Origin: an uncultured Candidatus Saccharibacteria bacterium | GTDB lineage: Bacteria; Patescibacteriota; Minisyncoccia; Phycocordibacterales; UBA5272 | Length of the DNA: 64,000 nt | Direction of reading: 5' to 3' | NCBI GenBank assembly: GCA_964443675.1 | Contig: CAYUDN010000001.1 | Span: 10,862-74,861, forward strand | Part shown: in pieces, positions 56,359 through 64,000 of the stretch | How the letters are laid out: every line of letters begins with the position of its first letter | Position numbering within the stretch: the first letter of the stretch is position 1 | Made by a program: the position numbers and the translations under genes | The notes under the pieces: generated by a model | The model's database searches: none | What the model was told of the DNA's origin: nothing | Seen by the model: the letters and a program-made list of their open reading frames with translations, nothing else

Positions 56359-56693
56359 CAGAAGTATCCTTTCAAAAAAAGTTGAAGAACAGTGTGAGAC
56401 CCTTCTGTCTCACAGGTATTAGTATAGCACGGGTAGTGTGATTGTGGAAGGTGAAAGGTGGGCCACTTCGCTTGTAGAGAGTGGAAGGGAGGGAAGAATG
56501 AAGAGTGAAAAGGAAAACAAAAAACCGCGGCGACTCCCGTCGTAGCGGCTTCCTGATCAAGTTGTCTTTTTTTGACTTCGTACACACGCTGTGTACCAAG
56601 AGTCTTGATCGCGGAGTTGCGAGCTCCTACTCTTGTGACCTTCTCAGGTCTCTAGATCTTCAACTCAAGGGTTTCTCCTTGTTGAGGTTTTTC

Positions 56694-56861
56694 TTACCGT
56701 TGCCAGGGGGCAGCGGCTTGAGGGCGGCGGGGGATGAACTTCTGCCGGATGGTCTTCGACCGCGCAGTGTGGGTCTTCCGCAGCGCATCGAAGCGTTCCC
56801 GCTTCTTACGCCGCTCCTCTTCTGCGAAGAACTCGCAGAAAGTCTTGTCCCAGTCGGTCAA
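56694..56861 (-). CDS. Small Arg/Lys-rich protein (55 aa), TTG start, translationally coupled to the upstream gene
   Basis: The upstream gene's TAA stop is embedded in an SD (cTAAGGAGAacca), followed by TTG. Frame: (M)TDWDKTFCEFFAEEERRKKRERFDALRKTHTARSKTIRQKFIPRRPQAAAPWQR. G+C-rich. Not in the ORF track. Confidence 0.35.
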   Translation of the reverse strand: MTDWDKTFCEFFAEEERRKKRERFDALRKTHTARSKTIRQKFIPRRPQAAAPWQR

Positions 56862-56870
56862 TGGTTCTCC

Positions 56871-57476
56871 TTAGATGAGTTGTCCCATGAAGTAGAGAGG
56901 GGTCTTGTCGACCGCGCGGAATTGCGAGGAGCGAATGTCCTTATAGCGAGGCATCCGCGGGTCACGCTTTTGCATGCTCTTGTTGTGGTGACCCTTGCAC
57001 TCCAGGACTGTGGTTTGTTCACCGGTATTCGACCGGTAAACCAGCACAGGTTGTCGCTTGCCGATACCTGTGCGACGGTTGAGGTGCAAGCGGCGGCTAC
57101 CACTCCGGTCCTTGTCCTTCTCATTGAAGGTCTCCCGCTCGAACGAACCGGCAGTAGGCTGCCACAAGTCGTGGTCGAAGTGCCACAGTTGCTCGCGGAT
57201 CTTGTTGATCCGCTTGCGCTCTTCGGCGCGGGCGTGCGCGGCAGCGATCTTCTGGTTGATCTCGGCGCGACGCGCCTCGACCAGGGCCTGGTTGTCGGCG
57301 AGCCAGTCATCCATCGAAACCACGACATCTTTCCGCTGGACACGGTAGGCGAGCCAGCCAGGGCCGGATGCCAAGGAAGTCTTCGGCGCCTTCTGTTCCA
57401 TCATCATCCCGACGAAGCCGGGAACGAAGTCGAACGAAACGCGCGGAGAAACTTGTTCCGAAAAAGTCGCAAACAT
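56871..57476 (-). CDS. Hypothetical protein (201 aa) on a G+C-rich islet
   Basis: A perfect SD (tAAGGAGGgtttgaATG) precedes the ATG. G/C-biased codons. The longer +strand ORF 56505-57491 and the nested minus-strand ORF are rejected as GC artefacts. Confidence 0.55.
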   Translation of the reverse strand: MFATFSEQVSPRVSFDFVPGFVGMMMEQKAPKTSLASGPGWLAYRVQRKDVVVSMDDWLADNQALVEARRAEINQKIAAAHARAEERKRINKIREQLWHFDHDLWQPTAGSFERETFNEKDKDRSGSRRLHLNRRTGIGKRQPVLVYRSNTGEQTTVLECKGHHNKSMQKRDPRMPRYKDIRSSQFRAVDKTPLYFMGQLI

Positions 57477-57567
57477 TCAAACCCTCCTTAGGGTATTGCG
57501 TTGAAAGAAATTTGAGAGATCTAATACAACGAACTCTTAGGTATAAGCATAGCATATCTTAGTATTT

Positions 57568-57589
57568 TTGTCAAGTATTTACTTGACAA
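57568..57589. promoter_or_regulatory. Perfect 10-bp inverted repeat operator ttgtcaagta-ttt-acttgacaa overlapping divergent -35 elements
   Basis: Each arm contains TTGACA. Candidate -10 elements are TGaTATTAT downstream on the plus strand and TATGCT on the minus strand. Confidence 0.45.
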
Positions 57590-57646
57590 AGTAATTGTGA
57601 TATTATTAGATAAATTGTTGTTTTTAACCATGAAAGGAACCCTAAA

Positions 57647-57925
57647 ATGGCGTTGTTTGATGTTGCCATTGCAGAAGAAAAGAAGATGAAGATTGTGTTG
57701 CTCGGAGAAGATGAATATTTCCCTGGCATAGCTAGACCCGGAGACAAAGTTGTTGTCGGGGGTCGTGAGACTCCTATCGAAGTATTCAAAGAGTACGCTA
57801 TGAAGAATGGGGCAATGCTCAGAGATCTGGGTGAACGACCTTATTTTTTGATGGCATACCACAATCTTGGTCTCTTTGCTCGACAAGAGTTCTTTGGTTC
57901 TCCTTTGAAACATTTTCTGAACTGA
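57647..57925 (+). CDS. Hypothetical small protein (92 aa)
   Basis: An AAAGGAA SD sits 7 nt upstream. It lies downstream of the palindromic operator and is followed by a strong terminator. Confidence 0.5.
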   Translation: MALFDVAIAEEKKMKIVLLGEDEYFPGIARPGDKVVVGGRETPIEVFKEYAMKNGAMLRDLGERPYFLMAYHNLGLFARQEFFGSPLKHFLN

Positions 57926-57954
57926 TTTCAAGGGTAGGGTTTGGTTTTTTTGGG

Positions 57955-57987
57955 GCGGCGCACGAAGTGCGCCGCTTTTGCTTTTTT
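57955..57987 (+). terminator. Rho-independent terminator (ggcggcgcac-gaa-gtgcgccgc + TTTTGCTTTTTT)
   Basis: Read directly from the sequence. Confidence 0.6.
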
Positions 57988-58004
57988 AGAGGTTTGGTAC
58001 TGTT

Positions 58005-58712
58005 GTGGAAGTTTTGTTTCGTAGTGCTATTTTGTTGCGATGGAAAAATTACTTCTTTTTTGTTACACTAGGTGCCATGATTATTTCGTATTATGGACGG
58101 CAACATTTCAAATTACAAGTAGGTGACTTAACGGTCGCGGTTAACCCTGTTTCTAAGGATGGCAAGGGCAAGGTGTCTAAGTATGGGGCTGATATTACTC
58201 TTATCACTACTAACCATCCTGACTATAACGGTAGTGAACAAACAGAACTTGGTGCGAAGGTTCCTTTTGTGGTTCGTGGTGCAGGGGAGTATGAGGTGAA
58301 TAATATTTTTATTCGTGGATTTGCTACACCTGTTACTCTTAAAGAGGGGAAGACGGAGAAAACATATCAGAATACAAGCTATGTTTTTACTATCGACGGT
58401 ATTCGGGTTACGTTCCTTGGAGCCCTTCATGAAATGTTAAAACCTGAGCATAAGGAGATTATTGATGAGACTGATGTGCTTTTTGTTCCTGTGGGACGTG
58501 ATGGGTTCCTACTTAACCCTTACGAAGCTCATAAACTCGCAGTATCACTTGAGCCGAAACTTATTATTCCTATTGATTATGATGAGCAATCACTCCCAAT
58601 CTTTTTGAAAGAAGCTGGCTCTGAAAAGGTAGAACCAGTAGAAAAGCTTACCATTAAGAAAAAAGACATTGAAGGTAAGTTAGGAGAAGTGGTGCTTTTC
58701 CATGAGATGTAG
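58005..58712 (+). CDS. Hypothetical protein (235 aa; possible metallo-hydrolase-like fold)
   Basis: The GTG at 58005 is the track start; an in-frame ATG lies at 58077. 'ADITLITTNHPDYNG' is weakly reminiscent of an MBL-fold motif. Low-confidence function. Confidence 0.4.
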   Translation: MEVLFRSAILLRWKNYFFFVTLGAMIISYYGRQHFKLQVGDLTVAVNPVSKDGKGKVSKYGADITLITTNHPDYNGSEQTELGAKVPFVVRGAGEYEVNNIFIRGFATPVTLKEGKTEKTYQNTSYVFTIDGIRVTFLGALHEMLKPEHKEIIDETDVLFVPVGRDGFLLNPYEAHKLAVSLEPKLIIPIDYDEQSLPIFLKEAGSEKVEPVEKLTIKKKDIEGKLGEVVLFHEM

Positions 58713-58881
58713 GAAAAAAGAGATAAGACGACAGGATGCAGATAACAGAGTACAGACAACAGAACACAGACAGATAGATGACAGATAAATACAAGGGCGG
58801 CCGCGAAGCGGCCGCCCTTCTGTTATCTGTAAGCGGAGTGAATCTGCTATCTGTTATCTATTCTGTTGTATACTATCTTTA
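58713..58881. repeat. Member R4 of the hairpin repeat family (acagataaatacaagggcggccgc-gaa-gcggccgcccttctgttatctgt)
   Basis: A near-perfect imperfect palindrome of about 130 bp: the left arm has cagataacagagtacagacaacagaacacagacagatagatgacagataa, and the right arm has ctgttatctgt...ctgctatctgttatct. Confidence 0.6.
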
Positions 58882-59250
58882 ATGAAACATCATATCAGGA
58901 ACTACGAGAAGTATTTTAGTGTTTATCATTATATTGAAGTGCTTAAGAAGAAGCCTGTGCATGTTCGTCATATATATGCACTTGTTATTGCAGGGACAAT
59001 TACTGCTCTTATTGCTGCTTTTATTTTGTATGTTGATTATGGTTTTTGGCATGACCGTTACATACGAACAGAAGAGGTTGAGGTGACGACCGGAGAAGAA
59101 GATCAGATGATTACTGTGCGATCTCCTAGGGAGATGATAGACGGGTTCTTTGATGAGGCAAGAAAAAAGGTAAAAACAATTCAGTTTTCTAACCCTGCAC
59201 GTGTACTTGAAGGTAAAGAGAAGTATTCAAAAGATAGTGATGTACAGTAA
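58882..59250 (+). CDS. Hypothetical single-TM protein (122 aa)
   Basis: One TM helix (IYALVIAGTITALIAAFILYV) and a charged C-terminus. Confidence 0.45.
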   Translation: MKHHIRNYEKYFSVYHYIEVLKKKPVHVRHIYALVIAGTITALIAAFILYVDYGFWHDRYIRTEEVEVTTGEEDQMITVRSPREMIDGFFDEARKKVKTIQFSNPARVLEGKEKYSKDSDVQ

Positions 59251-59340
59251 GGATAAGTAAGAGAGATCTCCCCGCATCTTTTCCTGCAAAGATTCTCTTT
59301 TTGTGCTATACTGTAGACCTATTATATTTCTTTATAATGT

Positions 59341-61812
59341 ATGGCAAAAAAGACTATCGCACAAGAAGAACCAATCAAAGAGAATAGACCGTCAGGACTT
59401 TTTCCTGTGAGCATCGCAGAAGAAATGCGTACCGCATATCTTGACTATGCAATGAGTGTGATTACTGCTCGTGCGTTACCGGATGCACGCGATGGGCTTA
59501 AGCCAGTACATCGCCGTATTCTTTTTGCGATGAACAATATGGGGCTTACTGCTGGCGCGAAGTTCCGCAAGTCTGCAACAGTGGTTGGTGAAGTACTTGG
59601 TAACTATCACCCACACGGTGATGCGTCTGTGTATGATGCTATGGTAAAAGCTGCGCAGGACTTTTCTTTTAGGTATCCTCTTGTGCTTGGTCAAGGTAAC
59701 TTCGGATCAATTGATGGTGATGGTGCTGCGGCAATGCGTTATACCGAAGCAAAAATGAGTCGTGTATCGATGGAAATGCTTCGTGATATTGAGAAAGACA
59801 CTGTACAAATGGTGCCTAACTATGATGGGCGATTACGAGAACCAAGCGTGCTCCCTACTGCGGTACCTAATCTTCTTCTTAATGGAACACTTGGTATTGC
59901 GGTTGGTATGGCAACGAATATTCCACCACATAATCTTCGCGAAGTGGTTGATGCAACAGTACACTTAATTGATAACCCTCAAGCAACCACAGAAGAACTT
60001 TGTGAATATGTGAAAGGCCCCGACTTTCCACTTGGTGGTGTTGCGTTCGGTCAATCAGATATTCGTTCTGCATACGCAACAGGTCGCGGCGGTGTAGTGG
60101 TACGAGGAGAAGCAGAAATCGTCGAAAACAAGAATGGTCAATTCCAGATTATTATTACTTCTATTCCATTCCGTGTTCTCAAAAGCAACTTGATTGAAAA
60201 TATTGCGGATCTTGTTCGCGATAAGAAGATCGAAGGGATTAAAGGCCTCCGTGATGAATCAACCAAAGATATTCGTGTTGTGATTGATCTCAAGAGTAAT
60301 ACTCAACCTCAGAAGGTACTTAATTATCTTTATAAGCATACAGAACTCGAGTCTACATTCCACTATAACCTTGTTGCGCTTGTTGACGGTGTGCCACAAA
60401 CACTTGCTCTTAAAGGTGCGCTTGAATCATTCGTAGGACACCGAAGAGAAGTGGTACGCAGGAGGACAGAGTTTGATCTTGCTCGTGCACTTGAACGTGA
60501 ACATATTCTTCTTGGTCTCAAAAAAGCACTTGATCATATTGATGAAATTATTCAGACGATTAAGAAAAGTAAGGATACTTCTGATGCACACGCGCAACTC
60601 ATGAAGAAGTTTAAGTTCTCAGAGATTCAAGCAACTGCGATCCTCGAAATGAAGCTTCAGCGTTTGGCGGGGCTTGAGCGTAAGAAGATTGAAGATGATT
60701 TGAAGGCGGTACAAGCACTCATTGCGGAACTTCAGGCTATTCTTAAGTCAGAGAAGAAGATGCTTGCTATTATCAAAGGAGAACTTAATGATATTAGGGA
60801 ACGATACGGTGATGATCGTCGTACCAAGATCGTAAAGCATAAAGCAAAGGAGTTTAATCCTGAAGACTTGATTGCAGATACTGAGCAGGTGCTTGTGTAT
60901 ACATCAGGCGGATATGTGAAGCGAACCGATCCATCAGAGTTCCGAACACAGAAGCGTGGAGGGGTTGGTGTTGTGGATCTTTCTACCAAGGAAGAAGATT
61001 TTGTTACGATGTCACTTACGACATCTACACATTCTGATCTTCTTTTCTTCACTGACAAAGGTAAGGCGTATCAGATCAAGATGTATGATCTTCCAGAAGG
61101 GAAGCGTGCAACTCGTGGTAAGAGTATTATGAACTTCCTTCAGCTTAATGAAGGAGAGCGTGTAACCTCGATACTTCCAATGCCAAAGGATGTCAAAGAA
61201 ATGAAAGGTATGTCACTTATGATGATCACTAAAGATGGCACTACGAAGAAATCATCCGCAGAAAGCTTCAAGGATGTTCGTCGTAACGGCCTTATTGCTA
61301 TTAGACTCGAAGAAGGAGATGAGCTTCTTGCTGCGCTCTTTGTGTCAGGGGATGATACTGTGATTTTGACAACAGAACATGGTCAATCGATTAGATTCCA
61401 TCATGACGACGTTCGTGAGATGGGTCGTACTGCCGCAGGGGTGATTGGCATGAAGCTCGATAAGGGTGATGTGATCGTTGCTGCAGACAAAGTCCTTCAT
61501 GGGGTGAAAGGGCAGGAACTTCTCATTATGACTGCAAATGGCTATGGTAAGAAAACTAAGCTTACCGAATATAAGACGCAGAAGCGTGGTGGGTCAGGTA
61601 TCAAGACGGTAAAGGTGACCGAGAAGACCGGTAAGCTGATTGTTGCACGTGTAGTCACTGAAGAAAGTGAAGAACTTCTCGCGGTGTCTAAGGATTCTCA
61701 AGTGATTCGTACCGAAGTGTCATCAATTCCAACTCTTGGACGTGATACTCAAGGAGTGAGAATTATGAAGTTGAGGGATGGGGACTCGGTTGCATCCTTC
61801 AATCTTCTCTAA
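59341..61812 (+). CDS. gyrA: DNA gyrase subunit A
   Basis: '[26 protein letters not shown]', active-site region '[11 protein letters not shown]', a GyrA-box-containing C-terminal beta-pinwheel. The length is 823 aa. Confidence 0.95.
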   Translation: MAKKTIAQEEPIKENRPSGLFPVSIAEEMRTAYLDYAMSVITARALPDARDGLKPVHRRILFAMNNMGLTAGAKFRKSATVVGEVLGNYHPHGDASVYDAMVKAAQDFSFRYPLVLGQGNFGSIDGDGAAAMRYTEAKMSRVSMEMLRDIEKDTVQMVPNYDGRLREPSVLPTAVPNLLLNGTLGIAVGMATNIPPHNLREVVDATVHLIDNPQATTEELCEYVKGPDFPLGGVAFGQSDIRSAYATGRGGVVVRGEAEIVENKNGQFQIIITSIPFRVLKSNLIENIADLVRDKKIEGIKGLRDESTKDIRVVIDLKSNTQPQKVLNYLYKHTELESTFHYNLVALVDGVPQTLALKGALESFVGHRREVVRRRTEFDLARALEREHILLGLKKALDHIDEIIQTIKKSKDTSDAHAQLMKKFKFSEIQATAILEMKLQRLAGLERKKIEDDLKAVQALIAELQAILKSEKKMLAIIKGELNDIRERYGDDRRTKIVKHKAKEFNPEDLIADTEQVLVYTSGGYVKRTDPSEFRTQKRGGVGVVDLSTKEEDFVTMSLTTSTHSDLLFFTDKGKAYQIKMYDLPEGKRATRGKSIMNFLQLNEGERVTSILPMPKDVKEMKGMSLMMITKDGTTKKSSAESFKDVRRNGLIAIRLEEGDELLAALFVSGDDTVILTTEHGQSIRFHHDDVREMGRTAAGVIGMKLDKGDVIVAADKVLHGVKGQELLIMTANGYGKKTKLTEYKTQKRGGSGIKTVKVTEKTGKLIVARVVTEESEELLAVSKDSQVIRTEVSSIPTLGRDTQGVRIMKLRDGDSVASFNLL

Positions 61813-62088
61813 AGACGCAGACCACGCAGACTAAAGCAGACCACGCAGACTAAGGATGCAGACGGCAGAACACAGATAGACAGACAACAGACAGATGCAG
61901 ATTGTAGATGTTAGAAATTAAGAAGAGCGGCGCCGTAGGCGCCGCTCTCTCGTATTTCTAACATCTAAAGTCTAACATCTAAAATCTGTGTTTGTTTGTA
62001 TTCCTTCCGCGATCTGTAGCGAAGCGGTCTGTGCTCTGTTGTCTGTTTTCCACTATTACCTGCCACCTATTACCTGTATACTATCTGT
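61813..62088. repeat. Member R5 (largest) of the hairpin repeat family with tandem 20-mer (gcagaccacgcagactaa x2) and core aagagcggcgcc-gtag-gcgccgctct
   Basis: The central palindrome gatgttagaaattaag...cttaatttctaacatc has flanking acagacaacagacag and ctgtgctctgttgtctgt arms, about 275 bp in total. Confidence 0.6.
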
Positions 62089-62613
62089 ATGTCATTCCTT
62101 ACCCCAGAACATCTTGTACGTGAGTTATATTTAAAAGCAGGTGACCGAGTTGCAGATATTGGATGTGGTACTGGTGTGTATACTATGGCCCTTGCTCATA
62201 ATGTTGGTGCGATGGGTATTGTATATGCGGTTGATGTACATCGTGAAGCATTGCATACTCTTGCAGGTACACTTGATAAGCGCGGTATCGTGAACGTCGA
62301 GATGCTCTGGGCTAACGCTGAAGAAAGAATCCCAATCGATGCCTATAGTCTTGATGCGGTGGTGCTTTCTAATGTGCTTTTCCAGTTTGAGGATCCTGAT
62401 AAAGCACTGTCTCTTGTTGCGAAGCTTATCAAGCCAGAAGGAATGCTTTTGGTGGTTGATTGGAGTGATTCGCACGGCGGAATAGGCCCACATACAAAGC
62501 ATGTTATCACTGAAGATAAAGCAATTTCGCTTGTACAATCGCATGGATTTAGAATCCAGAAAAGGCTTCCTGCGGGCGATTTTCATTATGCATTCCTAGC
62601 GATAAGTTCGTAG
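62089..62613 (+). CDS. Class I SAM-dependent methyltransferase
   Basis: Motif I 'VADIGCGTGVYTMALA' and acidic motif II 'VLSNVLFQFEDPD'. Confidence 0.75.
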   Translation: MSFLTPEHLVRELYLKAGDRVADIGCGTGVYTMALAHNVGAMGIVYAVDVHREALHTLAGTLDKRGIVNVEMLWANAEERIPIDAYSLDAVVLSNVLFQFEDPDKALSLVAKLIKPEGMLLVVDWSDSHGGIGPHTKHVITEDKAISLVQSHGFRIQKRLPAGDFHYAFLAISS

Positions 62614-62790
62614 GGGTGGAGGGGTAGAATACAGATAACAGACAACAGATGACAGATGAATACACAAGGGCGGCCGCGAAGCGGCCGCCCCCTTCGTCTA
62701 TCTGTAAATGAGGCGATCTGTCATTTGTACTCTTTTAGTTATCTTTTGTCCCTAGCGTCTCTCGTATAATCTTTATATACTTTCTGGTAT
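62614..62790. repeat. Member R6 of the hairpin repeat family (acagataacagacaacagatgacagatgaatacacaagggcggccgc-gaa-gcggccgccccctt...)
   Basis: Its core hairpin is identical to that of R4. Confidence 0.6.
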
Positions 62791-64000
62791 ATGGACTCGA
62801 ATATTCTTTCCCTTCGCAATATTATTTTAGGTGTAGGTATTTTTGCAACACTGGCTTCAGTAATTGTTTTTTCTCATCCAAGTAAAAAAACAGAATCAGG
62901 TGCGCAAGGTAATGTAACGATTTGGGGAACCGTTCCTCAAGAGATTATCAGTGATTCTTTGCAACGATTTAATCCAACTGCAAAAAATTACGGCCTTACC
63001 TATATCTACATACCTGAGGAAAAGTTTAACCAAAAACTTCTTGAAGGGTTGGCAAACAACAATGGACCTGATCTTATTCTTGCCCCGTATCAGATGATAC
63101 TTACACAAGCTCAAAGACTACAACCATTTCCAATTACTGCAACAGAGTACAAAAATATTTATGTTGATGGAGCAGGTGTTTTGTATGCAAAAGACGGAGC
63201 CCTTGCTCTTCCTGTATCTATTGAACCAATGGTTCTCTTTTATAACAGGTCTTTCCTCTCCAAACACTCGATTGTAAAACCTCCTGAGACTTGGGATGAA
63301 CTTAGTGATATAACATCAACACTTACTCTTCAAAAAGGGAACAAGATTGTCGAGTCTGCGATACCTCTTGGTACGCCTGACACCCCTTACGCAAAAGATA
63401 TTATCATGGCAATAGTAAGTCAGCTCGGACAAGTTCCTGTTCTTTTAGAAACAGGCAGAGACGGAAAGGTTGTCTACACTGTTACTGCAAACACTCCGGT
63501 TACTGAGGATAGTCAGGTCTTTCCTCTTGCCACTACAATGAGGTTTTTTACTCAGTTTTCTGACTCGGGGCAGTCCTCGTATACATGGAACACCTCTTTA
63601 GGAGATCCTATTACTGCATTTATTGCAGAGAAAGTTGCTATGTATATTGGATATGCGGGAGAGTATGAAGAACTTAAGGCAAGGAACCCTCGAGCTGACT
63701 TCGGAATGACATATTTTCCTCAAACAAAAGGATACAACACCTTCAAAACAGGTATGCGTATGTATGCTATCGCTTCACTTAAAGCAAGTAAAAATCCTAC
63801 CACTGCCTTTGTGGTTGAGTCACAGCTCGCTGGTGCAGATTTTGCTCCTGGAATCGCATCGACTTTAGGAGGTGTAGCACCACTTCGTTCAGTGCTTAAT
63901 TCATCGAACTTAGATCCAGTGCTTATGCGTAGCGCTCTTGTTGCTTATGGTTGGTATGACTCTCATCCAACAGAAACTTCGATGAGAACCACTTCTATGA
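62791..64000 (+). CDS. ABC transporter substrate-binding protein (family 1, sugar-type), partial; C-terminus beyond window
   Basis: ATG 62791. N-terminal signal/anchor 'ILGVGIFATLASVIVF' and SBP-like 'GNVTIWGTVPQE...GPDLILAPY' pattern. The frame stays open to the window end. Confidence 0.7.
   Translation, partial: MDSNILSLRNIILGVGIFATLASVIVFSHPSKKTESGAQGNVTIWGTVPQEIISDSLQRFNPTAKNYGLTYIYIPEEKFNQKLLEGLANNNGPDLILAPYQMILTQAQRLQPFPITATEYKNIYVDGAGVLYAKDGALALPVSIEPMVLFYNRSFLSKHSIVKPPETWDELSDITSTLTLQKGNKIVESAIPLGTPDTPYAKDIIMAIVSQLGQVPVLLETGRDGKVVYTVTANTPVTEDSQVFPLATTMRFFTQFSDSGQSSYTWNTSLGDPITAFIAEKVAMYIGYAGEYEELKARNPRADFGMTYFPQTKGYNTFKTGMRMYAIASLKASKNPTTAFVVESQLAGADFAPGIASTLGGVAPLRSVLNSSNLDPVLMRSALVAYGWYDSHPTETSMRTTSM

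Noticed and set aside
56505-57491. 328-aa +strand ORF and nested 161-aa minus-strand ORF in the G+C-rich islet
   Set aside because: Only the minus-strand 56871-57476 frame has a consensus SD and coupling to a downstream gene. The others are Arg/Pro/Ser-rich GC artefacts.
29291-62790. CRISPR array interpretation of the GGCGGCCGC-containing repeats
   Set aside because: Copies are dispersed singly in different intergenic regions, are imperfect palindromes of different lengths, and lack regular repeat-spacer periodicity. No cas genes are present in the window.

Overview
AT-rich (roughly under 40% G+C by eye) bacterial chromosome segment with dense, short genes. Several odd domain fusions and N- or C-terminal extensions (HTH-MurA, extended PilC and TsaD) are consistent with a small-genome CPR/Patescibacteria-like organism; that placement is inference only. 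Layout: (1) 1-21.6 kb: a large surface-glycan locus on both strands with GT2 glycosyltransferases, an FkbM methyltransferase, a Wzx flippase and a Wzy/WaaL-like membrane protein, built around a CDP-hexose 3,6-dideoxy/branched-sugar pathway (rfbF/ddhA, rfbG/ddhB, a DegT-type E1-like 3-dehydrase, a YerE-like TPP enzyme, an RmlC-fold epimerase, and three SDR reductases of which two are paralogs). A visibly G+C-rich GDP-mannose-3,5-epimerase-like gene with a NUDIX hydrolase and a TagD-type cytidylyltransferase sits at 15.2-17.7 kb. (2) tsaD and rlmH. (3) A tRNA-Val/tRNA-Glu hotspot (24.4-25.1 kb) with two extra copies of the tRNA-Val 3' end (att-like scars), flanked on both sides by G+C-rich foreign-looking DNA: an orphan 170-aa gene, and an SPFH/band-7 gene plus an unknown 297-aa gene. 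(4) An HxlR regulator divergent from an NAD(P)H oxidoreductase. (5) A type IV pilus locus: CheY-like regulator, pilB, pilC, four pseudopilins including a 773-aa prepilin-type protein with tandem repeats, a major pilin and a sensor-less histidine kinase. (6) Housekeeping genes: HTH-MurA fusion, NRAMP mntH, ABC exporter, kinase-like protein, trxB, ftsZ-ftsA-ybeY-rpsU, hisS-lepB, pth, rpsA, gyrA, a SAM methyltransferase and a partial sugar-binding protein. (7) A second G+C-rich islet (56.4-57.5 kb) with translationally coupled unknown genes beside a perfect palindromic operator. (8) A recurring family of long imperfect-palindromic intergenic repeats, with AC-rich and GT-rich arms around a GGCGGCCGC-GAA-GCGGCCGCC-type hairpin, at six or more intergenic sites. 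No rRNA genes or CRISPR arrays were seen. All protein calls rest on motif recognition in the supplied translations; no database search was possible.
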